Assembly: GCA_050287085.1 (NCBI GenBank)
Contig: JBNKBE010000001.1
Coordinates: forward strand, 386,493-450,492
Source: Polyangiaceae bacterium
Lineage (GTDB): Bacteria; Myxococcota_A; Polyangia; Polyangiales; Polyangiaceae
Length of the DNA stretch: 64,000 nt
Reading direction: 5' to 3'
In this document: positions 58,266 through 64,000 of the stretch, piece by piece
How positions within the stretch are numbered: the first letter of the stretch is position 1
Layout: every line of letters begins with the position of its first letter
Position numbers and translations under genes: made by a program
The notes under the pieces: generated by a model
What the model was told of the DNA's origin: nothing
Databases searched by the model: none
Seen by the model: the letters and a program-made list of their open reading frames with translations, nothing else

Positions 58266-59301
58266 CGCCCAAGAGCGTTGCCATAATTTGGCGCAGGCAG
58301 TCTAGCAATGCCTGCGTATCCGCCTCGGGATCGCGCCCCCCCACTTCAGCAGTCCAACGCACCAGAACGGATGAATACGGCACCTCCCCAAGCGGGAGAT
58401 CCACTCCGGGTCCGAGCTCTGCAATGACATGGTAGCCCTCGAGCGTCGAACGCACGAGATCAACCCGCTGAGGAAGCAGATAGCCGAGATCGAGCCCGTG
58501 CTGTTGACCCAGCGTAAAGAGCATCGGGTCGGTCTTATGTGCCGGCGCTGGCGCTCCGAACCCAAAACTCACCCGAGGGAACTCTCGCTCGGCAATCGAC
58601 GCCAAGAGCGGAGCGTAGAGCGCACTATCTCGATCGAGAAAGAGCACACGATATTGCTTCGGTGCCTTCCGCGCCCCGGTTGTTTGAAAGAGCGTCTCCT
58701 CACACAGATTCTTGGCCTGATCCGAAACGCGCTGAAGACGGTGCAAGACCATTCCCAGCGCGAACGCGTCACCCGCGTCGCACTCAGCGGCCGTGCGCAA
58801 GAGCTCGTCGATCAGCGCCGGATAGTCGCGTTCGGAGCGCTTGGCCTTCAGCTTGGTGCGCCGCGCCAACTCCGCGTCCATGCCCGCCAGCGCGTCCAGC
58901 GCCGCGAAAAGAATCTCGCTTGAAGACCGTTCCAGTCGACGATACTCCGCAACCAGCACGGGCGGGACGGCCCCCCGAGAACGAACAGCCGAGCGCGCAA
59001 TGCTGGCCGCATAGTCCCCAATCCGCTCCAAGGCAACGCAGCTTCGAGACGCCGCGATCGCAAACGTGGCGGCAGGCCCCCCCTCGGCACGGAGCCAGCG
59101 CTCCACCGTCGTCTCAAGGGCACGCAACTCGCGATTGATGGCCCGGTCGCCGAGCGCGATCCGAAACGCTGCATCTGCGTCGCGCGACAAGAACGCCTCC
59201 ACCGCAGCGTGTACCGCTGCCCCGACGTCCCGGCCCACGTGGACGAGCCGCGAGCGAATTTCTTCTGCCCCAATGCTAGGCACATCGGCTGCGGAGACCA
59301 T
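58243..59301 (-). CDS. phoU: PhoU-family protein fused to a degenerate LMW-PTP/ArsC-like domain
   Basis: Two PhoU repeats (LERIGDYA..IA and LQRVSDQAKNLCE), then RVLFLD...G..PA...DP......HGLD. Confidence 0.8.
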   Translation of the reverse strand: MVSAADVPSIGAEEIRSRLVHVGRDVGAAVHAAVEAFLSRDADAAFRIALGDRAINRELRALETTVERWLRAEGGPAATFAIAASRSCVALERIGDYAASIARSAVRSRGAVPPVLVAEYRRLERSSSEILFAALDALAGMDAELARRTKLKAKRSERDYPALIDELLRTAAECDAGDAFALGMVLHRLQRVSDQAKNLCEETLFQTTGARKAPKQYRVLFLDRDSALYAPLLASIAEREFPRVSFGFGAPAPAHKTDPMLFTLGQQHGLDLGYLLPQRVDLVRSTLEGYHVIAELGPGVDLPLGEVPYSSVLVRWTAEVGGRDPEADTQALLDCLRQIMATLLGDDKASEP

Positions 59302-59362
59302 TGCGTTCAGAGTAAGCGTTCCCAAAGGCCTTCGGCCAGGAAAAACTCATTCTGTGCGCTCG

Positions 59363-60994
59363 CTATGCCAAGGCCCGGTCCGCATTGAGCGGTAGCGTAA
59401 CGGTGAAGACGGCCCCCCCGGCAGAAGACGACCCCACCGCGATGCTTCCACCGTGCGCGACGAAGATCTGCCGCACGATCGGCAGCCCCAATCCAGTGCC
59501 ACTTGTCTTGGTCGTCTTGAAGGGCTGAAACACGTCGAGCCCTGGGGGTAGCCCCGGCCCGTCGTCGCTGAGTTCAAGCACGACCCGGCGTGCATCAGCG
59601 CGCGCGCGGATGTAGAGGTTGCCGCCCTCGGACATCGCCTCGACCGCGTTCTTGCATAGGTTGAGGAAGGCCTGAAATAGCTTGTCGCGATCGCCCAACA
59701 TGGCTGGCAGAGGTCGCTGCAAGTCCCAGTGAACGACTATGTTTCCGGCCGGCTCGACATGCAACGAAACAACGTCCCGCAACAGCTTCGCAAGTGAAAC
59801 GGACGCCAACACCAATGGCTGCTTGCGCGACAGCGAGCGAAACTCCTCGAGGAGTGAGGTCAAGCGCCGCATCTCCGAAACGATGGTGTCCACCGCCGCC
59901 AGCGCGGAGTCGGCGCTAGCTAGCTTGGCCACACGGCGCCTCAGTATCTGCGCATGAAGGTACATGTTGTTGAGGGGGTTGCCCACCTCATGCGCAAACA
60001 CCGCCGCCGTAGCCCCCAAGGCCGCCAAACGCTCCTGATCGATCAACTCCTGCTGCAGCGACGACCGCCGAATGAACTCTGCCAATTGGGCCGCCAGCGC
60101 GCCAACAAATGTGCACAGCTCTGGATCTGCGCCCCACGCGGGTTCTTGACCGAATAGGAGCAGCAAGCCAAGGCGCTCTTCGCCCTGTGAAATTCCGTGC
60201 GCGCACGCCGAGCGAATGGGCGGCGACATACAATCGTAGTCGAGAAACTCCGGGTCGCAGGGTAATTGATTCAAGGCGCGATCCCCCCCCTCGAACCAGA
60301 GCTGTCCAAGCCAACCTTCGCTCGCTTGCCAGGTGGACTTGCGCGTCACCGTGCCCGCACCGCTGCGCGTCCAATAGGCCACACGGGACAACTCTCCAGG
60401 CACGGCAGCTGGGAGCCAGAGTTCTGCAGCCGCCGCGTCCAGGTGTTCAGCCGCCCTGGCCAAAGCAGGACGGAGTCCCTGGTCCAACGTGCTCGCATTG
60501 GCCAGCAGACGAATGCACTCGTATTGAACGCGCAGTCGCTCCTGGCTGCGCGCTTTCTCAGCCTCGACTCGCGACTCACGATAGGCGCGCTCCACGGTGA
60601 GCGGCAGGTCGTGAAACGCAGACTGACTCTTCACAACGTAGTCGAGAGCTCCCGCTTTCAACACGTCGACGGCAATCTGCTCGTCGCCTTGACTCGTCAT
60701 CACAACAACGGGCAGTTCCGGCAGCGCCGACATCAAGTCGGTCGCGTGCCCATCCTTCAGCTTCCAATCCGAGAGCACCACGTGAGGCAAACGCTCTTGC
60801 GTGTGGGCACGAGCATCCGCGACCCCCTTTGCGGTGCGCAGCTCAAAGCGGTCTCCGTGGCGCAAAAAGGCGCGCTGGACCAGCTCCGCGTGGGCTTCGT
60901 CGTCCTCGACCAGCAGCACACATAGGGAACCCGGATGCCCTTTGGGTCGATAGCTAAACTCTGTGGCCTGACGATGACTCGGAAGCAGGGACAA
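59363..60994 (-). CDS. Hybrid sensor histidine kinase (REC-GAF-like-HisKA-HATPase)
   Basis: LLVEDD/SDW/GALDYVVK receiver, AHEVGNPL, NLCKNAVEA, DDGPG, GTGLGL. Confidence 0.92.
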   Translation of the reverse strand: MSLLPSHRQATEFSYRPKGHPGSLCVLLVEDDEAHAELVQRAFLRHGDRFELRTAKGVADARAHTQERLPHVVLSDWKLKDGHATDLMSALPELPVVVMTSQGDEQIAVDVLKAGALDYVVKSQSAFHDLPLTVERAYRESRVEAEKARSQERLRVQYECIRLLANASTLDQGLRPALARAAEHLDAAAAELWLPAAVPGELSRVAYWTRSGAGTVTRKSTWQASEGWLGQLWFEGGDRALNQLPCDPEFLDYDCMSPPIRSACAHGISQGEERLGLLLLFGQEPAWGADPELCTFVGALAAQLAEFIRRSSLQQELIDQERLAALGATAAVFAHEVGNPLNNMYLHAQILRRRVAKLASADSALAAVDTIVSEMRRLTSLLEEFRSLSRKQPLVLASVSLAKLLRDVVSLHVEPAGNIVVHWDLQRPLPAMLGDRDKLFQAFLNLCKNAVEAMSEGGNLYIRARADARRVVLELSDDGPGLPPGLDVFQPFKTTKTSGTGLGLPIVRQIFVAHGGSIAVGSSSAGGAVFTVTLPLNADRALA

Positions 60995-61005
60995 TGAGCG
61001 ACACC

Positions 61006-61443
61006 CTAGTGATTGGAACAGGACTCGGGTCGACGATTCCAGGAAAGCCAGAAACTGTTAAGGTCGCGCAGCAAGCGAGCAAGCTCCCGCGGGTCCGGAG
61101 GCTTTACCAGATACGCGTTGGCGTGGTGATGGTAGGCACGGGCCAGGTCTACCTCGGCCTCTGACGTGGAAAGAATTACGACCGGCAAGACGCGAAGCTC
61201 CTCCGACTCCTTGACGCGACGCAATACCTCGAGACCATCTACACGAGGAAGACGCAGGTCGAGCAAGACGATGTCCGGACGACGCCTCGCCTGCGAGTCG
61301 AATAGGCGCTCGATCGCGGTCTCTCCGTCGCGCAGGCGCTCCAACTCGCAATCAGCGTCCGCACGCTGAAGGGCACGCTTGAACAACTCAGCATGGTCGT
61401 CGTTGTCCTCTACGAGCAACAAGAGCGGCAAGGGCGGCGTCAA
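61006..61443 (-). CDS. Single-domain response regulator (Rcp1-like)
   Basis: LLVEDNDDH, LLDLRLPRVDG, ILSTS, ANAYLVKP. Confidence 0.93.
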   Translation of the reverse strand: MTPPLPLLLLVEDNDDHAELFKRALQRADADCELERLRDGETAIERLFDSQARRRPDIVLLDLRLPRVDGLEVLRRVKESEELRVLPVVILSTSEAEVDLARAYHHHANAYLVKPPDPRELARLLRDLNSFWLSWNRRPESCSNH

Positions 61444-62567
61444 TTGCGGCCCCCAGCAGCGGGCAGAAGAACAAAGAATGACGCGCCCAGTCCGTCACCG
61501 GGAGACTCGACCCAAACCTTCCCACCGTGGGCTTCTACGATGCGCTTCACCAGAGCGAGGCCAACACCCGTTCCGGGATGGGTCGGGTCAAGCTGTTCGA
61601 AAAGCGCGAAAATTCTATCCTTGTAGGCCTCTGTTAAGCCGATACCGTTATCAACAACGGACAGCCGCACGCAGTCGCCATCTTGTACCGCGGACACTTT
61701 CACCTCTGGACGCCGCTGCCCTCCCATGAACTTGGCGGCGTTCTCAATCAGGTTCTGGAGCACTTCAAAAAGCCGCACACGATCACCTCGCAGCATGGGC
61801 ATGGGCTCTTCAACTATCACACGAACCCCTCGCTGCGTAAGAGGTCCCGCCAGCGACTCGACCACGGACAGGGCCAGCGCATGGAGATCTATATCTTCTG
61901 TTGGATTGACGACCCGGCCGACGCGAGACAGCGCTAAGACCTCATCTAGCAGCCGCGTCATCTTGTCAGCGGCGGCCGTAACTCGCTGCAGGTCGGAGCT
62001 GAAAGTCGAGTAATCCCCGGCGTCGTGCGCGTCTTGGAGCATCCCCGCAAACCCCTTGATCGTAATCAAGGGGCTCTTCAAATCGTGAGACACCGTATAG
62101 GTGAAACGCTCGAGTTCAGCGTTCTTGAAGCTCAATTCTTCGATCAGCTTGGAACGCGTGGCTTCCGCCTCTTGGATCGCGCTGATATCGTGCATCACGC
62201 CGACGTAGTAGGACTCACTTCGGAGCCGCGCCTCGCCCACCGACAAATGGACGGGTACATGGCTTCCGTCCTTGCGCCGGGCCACGACATTGCGCCCGAT
62301 GCCGATCACCGAACGCTCGCCGGTCGCCGCGTAGCGATGCAGATAGGAATCGTGCGACTGCCCGTCCTCTGCTCGCATGAGCAGGGCCACGTTGCGCCCC
62401 ACCACTTCCTCCTGGGCGTAGCCGAACAGGCGACTGGCTGCTGGGTTGAATAAACGCACAGTGCCATTTCGCTCAATCACCACAATGGCGTCCACCGCGG
62501 AATCGAAGAGCGCTTTGAGCAAGGCCTCGCTGAGCTCAAAGTCTAGAAATTCACTACCCGCCGTCAT
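61440..62567 (-). CDS. PAS sensor histidine kinase with FixL-like heme-PAS
   Basis: FNPAA.RLFGY..EEVVGRNV..LM......HDSYL.RY..TGE..VIGIGR.V.ARRKDGS, SHDLKSPL, NLIENA, GTGVGL. Confidence 0.92.
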   Translation of the reverse strand: MTAGSEFLDFELSEALLKALFDSAVDAIVVIERNGTVRLFNPAASRLFGYAQEEVVGRNVALLMRAEDGQSHDSYLHRYAATGERSVIGIGRNVVARRKDGSHVPVHLSVGEARLRSESYYVGVMHDISAIQEAEATRSKLIEELSFKNAELERFTYTVSHDLKSPLITIKGFAGMLQDAHDAGDYSTFSSDLQRVTAAADKMTRLLDEVLALSRVGRVVNPTEDIDLHALALSVVESLAGPLTQRGVRVIVEEPMPMLRGDRVRLFEVLQNLIENAAKFMGGQRRPEVKVSAVQDGDCVRLSVVDNGIGLTEAYKDRIFALFEQLDPTHPGTGVGLALVKRIVEAHGGKVWVESPGDGLGASFFVLLPAAGGRN

Positions 62568-62749
62568 CACCTGTTCGCACACTTGACACGCCTGACCGCC
62601 GGACGCAACGCGCTCAGTGCGTGTCGGAGAGCAAATTGTTGTCTCGAAGGTAGGCGACCTTCGCAAAGCCTGGTAGCCATCGGGCGATGAAATTCTTGCT
62701 CCAGCCCGGTCTTCCATCGCTCTTCTCAGCGCTACGGCGCGGCGGCGGA

Positions 62750-63757
62750 ATGCGCCGCGCCCTCCCCGCCCTAACCCTCGCGCTCGCCACTCTTGGGGCC
62801 TGCAACCGTCCGCCTGCAGACCCTGCAGAACCCGAAGGCAGCGCGGCAAGCGGTGCCTCAACGACGGCAGCCACCGCCACGGTCGCAGCTTCTGACTCTC
62901 CCTGTGAAGAAGTGGAGAAGAAGCTATGCGCTGAGAGCGGCGAGAAGAGCTCCAACTGCGAAGCCTTCGGACTACTCAAAGGCGTTCTGGCTCCAGAGGC
63001 GTGTGCGGCAGAACTCTCTCACTTTGAGCACACCAAGACTCAACTCGCCAACGCTACCAAAGACTGCGACACGCTGGTGGCCCGACTTTGCGCGGAAGTT
63101 CAAACAGAAACCTGCCAAATGGTGACTCAGGCCACCAAGCGCTTTCCGCCCCAGCAGTGCACAAGCATGCTCGAGCAGATCGACAAGGTCGTCGCTGAAC
63201 TGAAAGCTGAGGAGGCCAAGAACCAGCCGATCACTGGCGAGTTGCTCGCTGCCCTACACGCCCCCAATGCCCCAAGCTTTGGCCCTGCAGATGCGAAAGT
63301 CACGGTCGTCGAGTTCTCGGACTTTCAGTGCCCTTACTGCGCTCGCGCAGCCCAGGTGGCTCGCGACTTGAAGAAGAAGTACCCAACGCAGGTCCGCTTC
63401 GTATTTCGCCAGTACCCGCTTTCTTTCCACCAGAACGCCCAGAAGGCCAGCGAGGCAGCCCTCGCCGCCAACGCGCAGGGCAAGTTTTGGGCCTATCACG
63501 ACAAGCTCTTCGAGAATCAGCAGGCGCTTGGCTTGACCGATCTCAAGCGTTATGCTGCTGACGTCGGACTCAACGCAGCGGCCGTGGACAGCGCCCTGGA
63601 AAGCAGCCAGTATGCAGAAGCCGTCAAGGCGGATGTCGCACTCGGGGACAAGGTCTACGTTCAGGGGACACCAACCCTTTTCGTCAACGGTAAGCGCGTG
63701 CACGAACCGAGCCTTGCCGGCGTCTCGCAGTTGATCGACGCGGAGCTTGCAAACTAG
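62750..63757 (+). CDS. DsbA/thioredoxin-fold lipoprotein with Cys-rich N-terminal domain
   Basis: LGAC lipobox, EFSDFQCPYC, PLSFH, GTPTLFVNG. Confidence 0.92.
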   Translation: MRRALPALTLALATLGACNRPPADPAEPEGSAASGASTTAATATVAASDSPCEEVEKKLCAESGEKSSNCEAFGLLKGVLAPEACAAELSHFEHTKTQLANATKDCDTLVARLCAEVQTETCQMVTQATKRFPPQQCTSMLEQIDKVVAELKAEEAKNQPITGELLAALHAPNAPSFGPADAKVTVVEFSDFQCPYCARAAQVARDLKKKYPTQVRFVFRQYPLSFHQNAQKASEAALAANAQGKFWAYHDKLFENQQALGLTDLKRYAADVGLNAAAVDSALESSQYAEAVKADVALGDKVYVQGTPTLFVNGKRVHEPSLAGVSQLIDAELAN

Positions 63758-64000
63758 GCTGCGGTTCCGAAACGCGCGGCATCGAGCGCTTCGCTCAGGC
63801 TGCTTCACCGTCGCACTCGCCGGCTCCATCGCGCTAGGCTCTAGCGCGCACGGGGCCAGCTCGCACGAGACAAGCAGCCAGCATCAGGCTAGCAGCCTGG
63901 AGCTGAGCTCCAAAGCCTATGGGCGGGAGCGCTCGCCAGCGCCTAGCTGCGGCTCGAAACGCAGCCAGGACGCAGGCGCCTGCACTGCCGCAGCAGGCAA

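Overview
GC-rich, gene-dense bacterial chromosomal region, most likely from a myxobacterium (Myxococcota, Polyangia-like). This is inferred from an AgmX/PglI-type TonB-C lipoprotein, a Hanks kinase with HRDVSPSN, an ECF/FecR-TPR cassette, two sigma54 activators and many lipoproteins. I support about 50 CDSs. I saw no rRNA, tRNA, CRISPR array, transposase or integrase. Ordinary metabolism includes acnB with a divergent LysR regulator, fadN-fadA, phoD, a nucleoside phosphorylase and an O-methyltransferase. The most interesting items are: (1) a translationally coupled ThDP enzyme plus non-canonical KAS-III pair, resembling a minimal acyloin/furanolide module, divergent from a XylR/V4R-type sigma54 activator; (2) an ECF sigma / FecR-TPR / small beta-barrel cassette with no TonB-dependent transducer, next to a GH6 cellulase, a lamin-tail lipoprotein and a ricin-lectin lipoprotein; (3) a sigma54 promoter whose predicted +1 falls on a 14-codon uORF inside a highly structured leader of the LTD-GH6 genes; (4) a TldD/TldE-like protease pair in which both partners have export signals; (5) several degenerate enzymes (metal-less pirin, GAHSTA activator, PhoU fused to a dead LMW-PTP/ArsC domain); (6) a doubly frameshifted ribosomal L7/L12 C-terminal remnant; (7) a recurring -10 box 6-8 nt before start codons, suggesting leaderless mRNAs. 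All family calls come from recognising motifs by eye, not from database searches. Many start codons were moved downstream of the ORF-track starts and are best estimates.
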